From positions 154,008,001 to 154,072,000 of the forward strand of contig OZ024740.1 in NCBI GenBank assembly GCA_964016885.1: DNA of 64,000 nt, given 5' to 3'. The notes beneath the pieces are model-generated. The model was not told the origin of the DNA, made no database searches, and saw nothing but the letters and a program-made list of their open reading frames with translations. A program made the translations under genes and the position numbers. This document shows, piece by piece, positions 39,684 to 54,469 of the stretch. The stretch is from Eledone cirrhosa (Eukaryota). Each line of letters starts with the position of its first letter. Position 1 is the stretch's first letter.

Positions 39684-42600
39684 TTCTGTCTGACGCGTGG
39701 AACATCGCCGGTAAGATTTTTTGTAAATTTATATACGAAAAACAGAACAAATTGTTTAAAAAAACATATTATTTTGTAGATTAACCACGAAGCCAAATTG
39801 TCAGCTGGGTGGCAATACCATTTTTCGCCCCTTTAGAGGCGAAAATTTAATTTAAAAATTGTTTTAAAATATCAAATTTTGCAAACTATAAAACATGAAT
39901 AACACGAAGGGAACGCTGGACAACATCGACAGAGAAAAGAGAGAGAAAGAGGCAGATTTTAACGTTATATCTGCTTCTGCTACTATGGACGTCGCCATAG
40001 ATATGACTGTCAACAAAGGGAAAAGAATATTGCCACTTGAAGATTGTACAATTTCTACCGTCGAAGCAGAAAAAAAAAGGAAAACACAGGAATTAAACCC
40101 ATTAACATACATACAAATGAAAAAAACAACATCAACAACTCCACAGATACATCTACACATAAAGTTTCAGCTCGTCAAGGAACTGAGATTTCCAACACCG
40201 AGGCTAACAACGATAACAACAACAACAACAACAACAGCAGCACCACACAAAAAAAAATGTCTTTCGCTGAAACAGTGAACAAAAAACAAGATTTTATAAA
40301 TCTTGACGTCTCCAATGCAAGAGATATGCTCCAGCAAGGGAGAAAATTTGTAACTTTCGAAGAAAAGGGTGGGTTTAGAATTAACTCACCCTTGAAATAA
40401 AAGAAGACACAGTTCGAAGATCAGTTATCTTTATGACTGTGTCCAATACCACGAGAAAGCCGATATTTGTTAACCAAGGAGATATAGAAAATACCTTGAA
40501 AGAAATTCTAGCAAATATCGAATTTCTCCAATGAGGAAAACAGTACGGAATGTTTCCGTGCTGTTTAAAAGCGAGGAACTCGCCCAAAAATATTCTGTGA
40601 CCCCAATAGTGTCAAAAGCATTCACCTTTTTTCCTACATACATGGGAAAAAGGACACAAAAAATAAAAAATAAAAAATATACAACCAAACATTAACATCT
40701 GGTGGATCTTAGCTGGCTTCGTAGAGCCACTAACTGATATGATTCTTTCGATACGAAAGTCTATTCGACAAAGGTGGGCGGGTACTGATTTGGAGATTCT
40801 GTTGCAAATGAGGCCGGAGAGAATCTCCAAAATACCCGAAAGAGTCGTCATCGATGATAACAACAAAATAAACATTTCGGTAGAAGGACGATATTTCATT
40901 GCTTTCGCTGTGGTAGCACAGCACACCTAAAAGCCTCTTGTCCTTCACAAACACACAACAACAACATCATTAAAAAAACACTATTACCAACACCAACACC
41001 AAAACAACCACCACCACCACGAGTACAACAGACGAAACGAGCAACCACACCAAAACAAACAGCCACTCAACCAACAACAACAGAAGAAACAGAGACAACA
41101 CCCCTGAAGAACACAGTCCCACCCCAACCCACTCCATCAAATACTACCACAAACACACACACACCGAAACACTACCACCACACAATATACCCCTACCCCA
41201 CACCCCTGACGATGATTATTCATCGACGGATGAAGCTGCTTCTCCTTCTTTAAGTGAAGAAGAGAGAGAGCCGCGGAAATCTAAAAAACAAAAAAAGAGA
41301 CACCACAAAACACCCAAAACTCCAATCACCGACACCAACACACAACCACAAACAACACCACATTCAAACATCCCTCTACCAGCAAAATCAACACCAGCAC
41401 CACCCCAAACACAAGCATAAGCACCCACCATAAAAAGAAAACTCCCGGACGAACAACAAACTAAAACAACACAACAAAAACACAAACAACAATACGCATA
41501 CATCAACACAAACAACAAGAGTTTGATGGAGGTCATCTCCCAAAACCCCAAGGTGGAGACGGAGGGCAAAACTTTCGTCAAGGCAGAATCGTCTCCACAA
41601 TTTAAACTTATAAGGGTTTCTATGGAAACCTATAATGAACTGAAAAATAAATTTTCACAGGACGAAGGCAACCCCTTCCAGAACCCCATCAACCGTGTCC
41701 TGTTAAAATGTTTCCCCACCCCACCCAATACCCCATCCAACACCCAAATGGAGATTGAACAACCCGATCTCCAGGAAACGAAAAGGTAAGTGCACCTTTC
41801 GTCCTTTTTTCTCCAACTCTTCTTCACCAACATAGCTGACTTACGAGTTGGAAGCCTGAATGTGCGTGGCCTAGGGATGCCCTGGAAACAGGGCCAACTT
41901 TCAAACGACCTTAGGTCACACGGTATGGATGTGATAGCCATCACCGAGTCCAGGATCCACAACAGGCAGCAACTAACCCCCATCTTCGACGACTTTGAGA
42001 TCTACGCATCACTCTGTAAGCCAGGAGGTGGAGGTGGAGTGGCAGTCATGTTTCGGAAGAACCTGGACGTCGAATTACAGCAAGTACACTTGGAGGCGGA
42101 TGGTAGACTGGTAGTCCTAGACGTGAACAGTACTGGATGTGGAGCCTTCAGACTGGTGGCCGTTTATGCCCCGACCGGCCAATCGCAATCCCGGCCAGAC
42201 TTCTTTTCTGGGAACGTCTCGCTCCTTACCTTTAGTGGGGGACTGGAATGGTATCCTAGATGCACGATGGGACTATGTGGGAGCATGTCCCAGTAGAGGG
42301 GGGTGCAACAGCCTCAAAACTTTAATCGGCCAATTCCAACTGGCCAATAGGTATCGACTGGATTTCCCGACTGCACCACAGTGGACGTGGGCAAACCACA
42401 GCGGGACATCTAGATCGTATTTAGATAGGTTCTTCATTAGAGAAAGGGGCAAGGAGATGTTAAGCTGTCCACGAATGCACATGGTTTCCTATTCAGATCA
42501 TAAATTAGTCGTCTGCTTAATCAACCGTGATAGAATACATAAACAAGGACCCGGATACTGGAAGCTGAAAATGTCGTTGCCGGCACGTTAAGCTTACAGT

Positions 42601-43921
42601 GAACGGATAAGTGGACTAGTCAAGCAACAGTTAACAGGAGCCATCGTCAACAATAGATGGTGGTGCTCTCTCATGAAAGCAATTAGAATAGAATCGATAG
42701 GGTTTAGCAGAGAGTTAGCCTTAGAGAAAACAAACTAGAAAGAGAACTAATAGCCAAGGTAGAGGAAGAACTTAGAAGTGGCAATGCGGCTAGAGTGTTA
42801 GCGTCGAGAACGGCACTGGACCAGTTCTTCGTTGCGAAATACGAAGGCTACATGGTCAGAAGCAAAACACGTGCTCTAGGAAACGAAGGAGCGAAAGCTG
42901 TCAGCTGGGCCCGAGTGGCGGAGGCAAAAAGTGGCAACAAGTCCACGATTCGGTCTTTCAAAGACCAAAACGTACGCGTGCTACTTGACCGCAAGCAAAT
43001 GTGCGCGTCCATTCAGCAGCACTTTGCGCGACTGTTTGAGCAGAACGATGGTGAGCCGAACGGGGCAATCGACTTTAGTTCATACCGCAAATGCCTGCCG
43101 CGTCTCTCGGTCACGGACGCCGAGTTCTGCGAAAGACCGATCACGGACACTGAGATACGGGACGCTCTGGGCCGCTGCCGGAAACGCAAGTCACCCGGTC
43201 TAGATGGTCTACCCTATGAGTTTTACATAAGCATACTGGACTTGTTCTCTGGCGTCCTCGAAGCCGTCTACTACAATTGGCAGCAGAACCGGAGAATTGA
43301 ATGCGCTCAGGCGCTCACAGTCCTCTAGCAAGCGGGCGCAGCAATCAGTGGAGACTCCACTTCGATATTCTATAGAGGGATTGTACGTTACAAGGGTGAC
43401 GACGTGCTCGGAGAGACTCTGGGCGTCGAAGACTATGAGCTCACCAGTCTGTTTGGTAGGACTTTCCGCCCGGGACCTATGGACAACTTACAGAGGTCCC
43501 TGGCCTGGCAGTGCTACCGAGGAGCTCTACCGGTTAGCGGCAAGATCTACAGGCACGGACGCCCCGGCAGGGATCCTTCCAAGAGGACGTGTCCAAGATG
43601 CGCGCAGGACATTGAAACAGCCCTGCACGCAATTGTACACTGCCCGGGCGTAACCGACCTGTGGAACTATGCAGAACAACTGCTGTCGCGTATGGGACAA
43701 ATCCAGTTGACTGCCGAGTCCATAGTAAGGATCAAACCGTCAGCTTCTTTCAAAAACGAAAGAGAAGCTGTTTTTTTCTGTACGGTGGATATGGTGAAAT
43801 AAGTTATATGGTGGACGAGATTGAGAGGACTGAGGACAGATGCCTTTCTCTCCGGACAACAATTGATTCCCTTCTTTAAGTATCACTTTAGAAGGTGAAT
43901 CACAGTGGAGAGAGAGGCACT
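39684..43921 (+). mobile_element. Tx1-like family B copy 2 (diverged), RT internally deleted, 3' end missing
   Basis: The 5' motif resembles B1 (CTTTCTGTCTGACGCGTGGAACATCGCCGGTAAG vs CTCTCTACCAGACGGGTGTAACTTCGCGGAGAAG). ORF1 at ~39895-41789, APE from 41832. The sequence jumps from NWQQNRRI to ECAQAL at ~43298. It starts right after (ATCT)n. Confidence 0.88.
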
Positions 43922-44365
43922 GCATATATATATATATGTATATGCATACATACACATATATTCCCCCTAATAGCTGATTAAACAAACACGTGATTCTTCC
44001 TGTATTTACTCTAGTGTTCATCTTTCTGCTTCATATTTCATCTCTCATTCTATTTCCTGATGACAGATTAACCTCCGAAATAACAAATCTCTTTTCTTAC
44101 TAAAGCAACCGTTAGGATATCTATCTTATTTGTACTGCATCCTTACCCTGTGTTGTTTCTCCGTTTACTTTTCACACACACACATACATACACATTCATA
44201 TAGTTACTGTGGTTATCCTCGATTGAACTTGGAACTATAAATATATATCCATATATACATATATAACGGCTTCTGCTTTTTCCGTCTACTAAATTGTGCA
44301 TACATTACATTTGTCTACCCGAACACAGCTGCGCAAGATACAGCGCGGTTGAACTCAGAAATACG

Positions 44366-44426
<61 letters not shown>

Positions 44427-44444
44427 GCGCGCGCACACGCAGAT

Positions 44445-44537
<93 letters not shown>

Positions 44538-44539
<2 letters not shown>

Positions 44540-44750
44540 ACTGTAAAAGTTCCAAAGCATAACATACACATACATATTCATTTTCCTTTACCAACAAGCG
44601 TGAAAATCATAAGATTTTGTGTAATAGTATCCCTATCGTTTATATTGTACTATATATATATGTGTGTGTGTGTGTCTGTGTGTGTATATGTATATATATA
44701 TATATATTATATATATATATGTGTGTGTGTATTTGTATATAAATGTATAA

Positions 44751-44795
<45 letters not shown>

Positions 44796-44904
44796 AAGAT
44801 AAACGAAAGGGATACTATTACACAGAATCTTATGATTTTCACGCTTGTTGGTAAAGGAAAATGAATATGTACGTGAATGTTATGCTTTGGAATTTTTACA
44901 GTTA
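44538..44904. repeat. ~115-bp inverted repeat around a (TA)n/(TG)n spacer
   Basis: 44538-44652 is the reverse complement of 44789-44904 with few mismatches. Confidence 0.9.
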
Positions 44905-45001
44905 AAATAAAGGTCTGAAAGCATAGCGGTATTGAGTACATTTTCCTTTTGCTTATAAATTCAAAGTGTACATATATATATATGTGCGCGCGCGCCCGCG
45001 C

Positions 45002-45045
<44 letters not shown>

Positions 45046-45734
45046 GGATGGGGATAAGAGAGAGATCTTAATATTTGACGTTAAATCCTAAGCATTGCGC
45101 TAAGTATATCATCCAATGAATAAATAATGTATTTGGCATAATGGAAAATATATCTTGCAGGCTAGTCCGATGAAAACCGCCATTTTGAAATATGATATAA
45201 TGACACAACAACTTAGGTTTATAAATCTTGCTTTCGAATTACTAAACTTACAATGAATGATTAAATTTTTCTATTTACTTTTGCATCATGTGTGCCGTAT
45301 TTTGTTCAATATTAACATTATTTGCTCATAAGCTCGCTTGTCTTTGATGCTTTCTTTATTTATTCAGCATATATAATCTATAATACAGAAGAAAAATACC
45401 ATATTGTTATGGCTGTTGGTTATTAGTTTTATCCCCTGTCCTACGAGTAAAAATCTTCCAACAGTAAGCATTTTTTATTATATTAAGAGTTCTAATCCTA
45501 CTGGTGTAATATTTATCTTTCAAAATGTTAGTGATATATGCATATATATACATGTGTGTGTGTTTTGTGTGTGTGAGTGTGTGTGAGTGTGTGTGAGTGT
45601 GTGTGCTTGTTAGACTTCCGTCGATTTCAAGGACGAGATTTCCAGTACATTGATCAACAGACCAGCCTGCTTCTGAAACTAACGCTCATGTGTGCTGTGT
45701 GGACTGAATTTCTGGAAAGGCTCCTATGCAATGG

Positions 45735-46958
45735 CAATCGGGAGTGATTTCAAAAAGGGAGACAAGAGAGAATGCTCTAATTATAGCAGGATCTCCTTGT
45801 TAAACTCCCCCGGAAAAGTCTATGCTGAATATCTGGCAAAGAGATGGAGGAATACTGTCCAGTCCAAGCTAGCTGATGAACAGTGTGGCTTTCGCCCCGG
45901 ACGAAGCACAGCCAATATTAACAATGCGGAAGTTTTTAATGAAATTTTAGAAATATTGCCAAAAGACGCGTAGTTGTTTCGTAGATCTCACAAAGGCATA
46001 TGGCCTTTTGTCGACGGTTCTTCAGGAGTATGGGAATCGAGGGATAGATTCTTATTGCCCAGATGTCTCTATATTTGATTTCGGGTAAATGGTGCCGTCG
46101 AAACCATTCAAAGTATGTGGATGGCTCCCCAAACGGCACATACTGTCACCTCCCCTATTCATAATCTTCATGGACAAAGATTAACATGTGCAGTCAGGTT
46201 GGAAATGATATCGAGACTGGCGGGTCTAGAATCAGTCGGTTGGAATTTGCGGATGACATGGTACTACTTAACTTGTCAAACGTTGGTCTTTAACATGCAC
46301 ATGATAGGTTTGCTTCCGAGTGCTGCAAGGCAGAAATGAATATATTTACTGCGAAGACTGAGACGCTCGTTCTCTTCAGAAAGCCTGTGCAATGCACTCT
46401 ACATGTGAATGGACTTCCACTGAAGCAAGTGGAGGAGTTCAAGTATCGAGTGATGGAAGGCAGAAGGCTAAATTAAGTGAAAGAATTGCAGGAGCTGGTG
46501 CAGTAATGCACCAACTTCCGCATTCAGTCATCAGAAGAAGGTAAAAAAACCAAACTCGCCATCGTCAATTCGGTATTCATGCCAACCTTTACCTATGGCA
46601 ACGAATTGTGCGTAATAACCGTAAAAAAAACGATCACGAGCACAGATATGTCTTCATCCAAAGGATCTTTGGTTTAACGTTACTAGATAGAGTGCGTAGC
46701 TCGGAGATCAGAGAGTCGCTTCAGGTAGAGCTGCTAACTCTCCGAATTGAGAGAGATCACAGCTCGGGCAAAACTAACCGACAGGAGACCCCAAAATAGA
46801 CCGCGTTCACGATTAACATTCATGAGCTCAGGCAGTCTCGCTTGGGCTTACACCACAATCTATTGGAGACGTTTGCTTCTGACAAGACTCGCTGGAAGGA
46901 ATGCTAGAAGACTGTCACTACGACCCACCCAGCAGTATGTGGGCGAAGAAGAAGAAGA
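45735..46958 (+). mobile_element. RTE-clade LINE, 5'-truncated and decayed
   Basis: KKGDKRECSNYSRISLLNSPGKVYA..EQCGFRPGRST, LEFADDMV and QVEEFKY motifs, with a (GAA)n tail at 46946-46958. Confidence 0.85.
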
Positions 46959-47097
46959 TATGTATTTTTGTATATATCACACACACACATATATATATAT
47001 ATATAGTATTAATTCTGGCAATATTATAACAATATGACCCTCCCCAAATATAACAATATATATATATAACTATTATTATTATTATATATATATATAT

Positions 47098-47293
47098 AAG
47101 GCGGTGGATTGGCAGTATCGGTAGAGGGTCGGACGCCATGCTTTGACGCAAAGAGTTACAGCCCTTTCCATTCTGAGTTCAAATCCCGCCGAGGTTAACT
47201 TTGCCTTTCATCCTTACGGGGTCGATAAAATAAAGTACCATAATGCACCGGGTAATTGCTGGCCTTGTGCCAAAAGTAGAAACAATTATTATT
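47098..47293 (+). mobile_element. Full-length tRNA-derived SINE
   Basis: A box TGGCAGTATCGG, B box GAGTTCAAATCCC, conserved core and (ATT)n tail. Confidence 0.85.
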
Positions 47294-47774
47294 ATATATA
47301 TATATCGAAAACATAAATAAACCAGTGCCAGTGAATAACACATTTCAATAAGGTTATATTAGCAATACGCTTATAAGAAGTTAGAAAAGGAGTTCTGCTT
47401 CCCATGCTATGATATATATTTATATATTTTCTATCCACTGACCACTATTTTTTTCATAACAGCAGAAGGAGTAGTAAAACATAAATATCGTTCTTGAATC
47501 TATTGCTGCAATATATATGCACAAGTTCATGCCATAGCATACACACATAAATCTATCTATCTGTGGTGGTTTTAATTTTCCAAGCAACAAAGACAAGTAA
47601 ATACAAAAAGTAACCGTGAAGCACGCATGTTCAATAAGGAAATATTGTGAACATGAAGAAATACTCTGAACATGTAGCTATATAATATATAGAATACTTG
47701 TACTCATCATGGCATGTCTCTATAAATTTGCACGCTTGTACCTCTATAATAAATTTGCTTTAAAACAAAAGGAA

Positions 47775-47861
47775 CTGGAGCAGTAGCAGCAGCAACATCA
47801 ACAACACAACAAGAACAACAACAAATGCAACCGCAATAACAGCAATGACAACAACAACAAC

Positions 47862-47917
<56 letters not shown>

Positions 47918-48002
47918 CCACATTGGCGGCAGTTACGGCTGCAACAACAACGACGACAACCGCAATAACAGCAATAACAACAACCGCAACAAAAACATGA
48001 GC

Positions 48003-48036
<34 letters not shown>

Positions 48037-48260
48037 CTAACAAGCACAATGGCGGCTGCAATAACAACAGCAACAATAACACCAGTAACAACAACAGCAA
48101 TAACAACAACAATAACAACACTAACAAGCACAACGGCGGCTGCAATAACAACAGCAACAACAACAACAACAACAACAACAGCAATAACAACAATGGCAAT
48201 AACAACAACGGCAACAAGAACAACGGTAAGAACTACAATGGCGACGGCAACGTCAACACG
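47775..48260. repeat. Degenerate (AAC/AAT/AGC)n trinucleotide array with an internal duplication
   Basis: AACACTAACAAGCACAA(T/C)GGCGGCTGCAATAACAACAGCAAC occurs at ~48032 and ~48117. Confidence 0.85.
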
Positions 48261-48679
48261 CACGAACTGATGAATGGGCCTCCAATATAGTACCTTTTCG
48301 TGTACAGACAAATAAAAATAGTATAAATTATCATATAGTTGAAGACATTAACAGCTTCAGATACAGTGGAATACAAGATTAAATATGATTTACAATATAT
48401 AGTTATTTTATATTCTGGGTTCCAAACCAAGTCTAATAATTTTCCTTTTGTTCATTGGTTTCTGGCGGAATGACGTTAAGGTAGTAAAGTGCTTCTCTTA
48501 TTCTCTTGTAGATTTAATTGATTGCCTTTGTTTAAAGCCTCCTTCTGGCTATTGTGTAACTTTAACGGAATTCGCTTTGTTGCAAGCATTCCTACCAAGT
48601 TCTTCGTCTAGCAGTAATTTCTTGCTTTGTATGAATATACTTAATGTAAGAAAGGGAACTTTTAATGTAGTTCTGAAAC

Positions 48680-49310
48680 TATTAATAATAATTGTTTCTA
48701 CGTTAGGCACAAGGCTAGCAATTATCCAGTGCATTACTGGTACTTTATTTTATCGACCCCGTAAGGATGAAAGGCAAAGTTAACCTTGGCGGGATTTGAA
48801 CTCAGAAAGGCAAGGGCCGTAACTCTATACGTCAAAGCATGGCGTCCGACCCTCTACCAATACTGCCAATCCACCGCCCTAAATAAACTATTAATAATAA
48901 TAATAATTGTTTCTACTTTAGGCACAAGGCCAGCAATTATCCAGTGCATTACTGGTACTATTTTATCGACCCCGTAAGGATGAAAGGCAAAGTTAACCTC
49001 GGCGGGATTTGAACTCAGAATGGCAAGGGCCGTAACTCTATGCGTCAAAGCATGGCGTCCGACCCTCTACCGATACTGCCAATTCACCTAATAATGATTT
49101 CTATTATAGGTACAAGGCCAACAATGCGGAGGAGGGGAAAGTCGATTAAATCGACCCCAGTGCATTACTAGTGCTTTATTTTATCGACCCCGTAAGGATT
49201 AAAGGCAAAGCTAACCTCGGCGGGATTTGTCTCAGAACGTAAAAAGCCCTAACTATATGCCGCAAAGCACTTTTTCCGACACTCACACCATTCTGAACCG
49301 CCCCACCCCA
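48680..49310 (-). mobile_element. Head-to-tail trimer of the tRNA-derived SINE
   Basis: Three reverse-complement copies at ~48680-48880, ~48890-49088 and ~49090-49310, each with the core and an AAT tail. Confidence 0.85.
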
Positions 49311-50721
49311 AATAATTCGCTGAAAGGAAGTGAAAAACCTCATAAGGCTACCAAGATCAATTTCTCATCAACGAAACCATAACCGAAGGCTGTTGGACGA
49401 GAAAGAAGTGCGTAAGCATGCGATGCATTTAGAGACGTGAGGCTTTTGACAGTATTCACCATATGTGAATTCTAGAAACATTAGCTATGAATATGGTAGA
49501 ACCACTAATAAGAAGGTACACAAGGAAATGGCAAACAAATTAGCAGATACGGCCAAAACCGGGAATTATAAATGAAGATAAATATTCTGACGGGACTCTC
49601 TCCCTTTCTCCCCCCCCCCCTCTCTCTCTCTCTCTCTCTTTCTCTTCCCCTGTCTGGCACTGACGCTTTTAACTGACATGTTAAAGAAGATTAGATTTTC
49701 ATTCAAATGCTAGGGTAATATATTCAACCACATTTTGTATAATAGCAACCTACGGATGATAAACAAGAAACGCTGCTCGAGACAGTACATAGATTTGCCA
49801 AAATAGTTATATGCGATTCAAATTCGAAATATACACCAATGCAATCATAAAGAGAGATAAATTAATTTAGAAGATTAATATCATACTAGATGAAGAAACT
49901 AAAACATACAAATACTTATGAATCAATGAATTAAAGTATACAGTACACGCATGAATGGAAAGATTAATAAGGGATATTAGATGCATTAATACTTAAAATA
50001 GAGCTAAATACATAAGACATATAAGGTCAAATAGTCATCAATATTTAGGCTGTTCATGCTATTGATTATAGTTATATTCTCAATATAAACGAACTAGCAA
50101 GTCTAGACAGAAAAAAACAAGAAATATGGTGATTACATTTAGACATAAATAGATAATATTTACTATGAATACAAGAAGAAATGGCTCTTTTACAACTAAA
50201 AAACTATTCAGAAATATCTACAATAGAACTATAAAACTATTCAGCGAAAATCATGAAAAACTAATATATAACAAATAAATGAGAAGCTGAAATAACAAAT
50301 AGTTATGAAGAAAAAGATGAAACAATATTAGAAATAGTAAAACGGCTGGAATATATACTAAAAGCCAGCTTCAAAGTGATAAGGTGGTGATAAAAAAAGT
50401 CCCTATATGGCCAATAACTGAAAATTTAACAGATTGATAATAAACAAAGAAAATATGAAAAGGATCAAAGCATTCCCCAAAAAACATGCCATGAAGCATA
50501 TACATTAAGTAATTGAAAAATATATGAATTGGCAAAATCGATAGAGCGTCAGAAAAATGTCTTGTGGTATTTCATGATGACTTTTTGAGTTCTGAGTTCA
50601 AATTTCGGCGAAGCAAACTTTCATCCTTCTAGAGGACAACATTTTTGACTTTCCTTATGACTGACTGGTAGAATTTAATATTAGCTATCAAAGTTTTATG
50701 CCATACTACTGCAAGGTGACT

Positions 50722-50794
<73 letters not shown>

Positions 50795-51633
50795 TCTCTC
50801 TGTCTATCACTATATATATATATATGTATATGTATTTATATATATATATATATATATAGGAACGAGTAGGACCCCGACGGCTGAGCTCAAGCCGTTTCGA
50901 CGGCTAATTCTGGACTAAAATGATATAATATATATATATATATTCCATTCTACAAACTACACAGTCCAAGTGAAATCAAGAGAAAAATTAAAGAAAATAA
51001 TTTTATTGATAAATTCCAACCCAAGCTAAATGAACAATCATAATGCTTAGGGGTATTACTTATACTATGACTACGCCTACGACCATGTCGACTACCACCA
51101 CTAACAACAACAACAACAATAATAATAATAAAAGTGATGTTGATGATTACTGAAGATTTTTTTATAAAAACCCTAGAAAATGCTATTTTCCTCATTTCTA
51201 AAAATAGCAAAACAACTGATGCTTTGGACAGGGTCAAATAGAAGTCGTTAGACATGCTCAACCAACCATGACGCCTAAACCAATCAGCTTTAGTAATCTA
51301 GTGAAACCACACACTGATTGGTTGAAATACAGTTTGCCCCATTTTACTGTATATAAGGCGCAGATTTTAGACATCTCATTACAGTTGAAAATTGCAAACT
51401 TGACTGTCAGCACTGAATATGAACCTGAAGATTGCGAAAGCATGAAAGTACTTGTTCAATTAACATTTAATATTTAATATTCTACCATACTATTTCATTC
51501 TAATATCATTATAATTTTAAATGATTGTAAATAAAACGAGTAAATCAGACAAAGTTGGAATTCCTTTTATTAATATAATCTTCTATACACAATCATACAC
51601 ACCCGTGTATATTTATATATATATATATATATA

Positions 51634-52984
<1,351 letters not shown>

Positions 52985-53919
52985 CAAAAGGTAAACAACA
53001 CAATCGGTACACTATATGGAAGGTATATATTAGGTTAACGCTTGATATAGCAGGAATATATATGTATATATCTTTCTCATTCTTTCCCTCTTTCTCTCTG
53101 TTTCTCCCCCCCCCCCCCCCCCTCCTTCTCCCCTGTCTCTATCCCTCTCGCTCTCTCTCATCCTCTCTCTCCCTATCTTTCTCCATCTCCATCTCTCCTC
53201 TCTCCCTCTTACTCTCTCACTCTCTGTCTAACTCCCCCCTCTCTCTACCTCTTCCCCCTCTCTTTCTCCCTTTCACTCATTCTCTCCCTTTCTTTAACAC
53301 TCTACTTCTCTCTCCCTTGCTCTCGTCTTTTCCTCTTCTCTCTCCTATTCTCTCACTATATCTCTTAGACACTGCCTGACAAAGAATGCCTTCATAAATG
53401 CGAGATTAATGATTCTTACTATTTTTTTCTAATCACTATTCATCATGTATAATCATTTCTTCGGCCCTTCCATTTTAATGTCTCTTCATTTTATTGTGTT
53501 TCATTATAAATGGATGACTAATGTTTAGAGAAGTAATTCATTTCATTTCTTATTATTATCATTATCATCATCATAGTCATCGTTGTTATTGTTGTTGTAT
53601 TTATTATCAATATTATTATTATTAGTGTTATTATAGATGTTATTATTATTCTTTATTTACTTATTATATATTTACTTCTGTCACGCGAAAAATTGCGAAA
53701 AAAAAATTAAACCGGAGCAAGTGAAGAGGAAAATAAAAATACGGAAGTTAAATATTTTTATTATTGAATTGACAGAATCTTTAGAGTACCGGACAAAGTG
53801 TCTTGTGGTATTTGTTACGGGCCTTTGCTTTCTGAATTTAAATCCCACCAAAATCAACTTTGTCATTTATCTTTCCGGTTTTTGTACTTTACAAAATACT
53901 AGTCCCTCATTGAATCTGT

Positions 53920-54005
<86 letters not shown>

Positions 54006-54325
54006 CGACAGTGCTTTGGATTAACAACACCACTTCCCGGATCTGGGCATATCAACGAATTAACAAGGTAAACTTTATTCCACTATTATGTCTCCTTGTT
54101 TTTTTCTGATCAAGTTCTAGCTGCCTGATGGGGTCATAACTATTGTATTATGGTTATCACCGAAATATATATTGCAGCGAATATGAATATACGAAGATAA
54201 TTTTAACCTGTTGACTTACACTTCTTGTTTTAAATTACTCCAGAAGAAATAGACGCACCCGCACACTTTGTTGAATGCTCTAACCTGCATACTGAAGTGC
54301 CGGTAAGCATCCAACACAAACTTAA

Positions 54326-54428
<103 letters not shown>

Positions 54429-54469
54429 GTATAAAAGACTTTAGATGAGTTGGTAATACAACCATATAA

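Noticed and set aside
44050-44120. CTGATGA...CGAAA hammerhead-like motif
   Set aside because: The stems do not pair convincingly. At most a decayed pLTR.
47098-47195. tRNA gene
   Set aside because: The A-B box spacing and downstream core show it is a SINE head, and no cloverleaf forms.
47760-48311. Long poly-N/T/V ORFs as host proteins
   Set aside because: Trinucleotide repeats stay open in several frames, and there is no domain or splice context.
49680-50510. A-rich possible ancient LINE RT
   Set aside because: Motifs are too degraded to assign.
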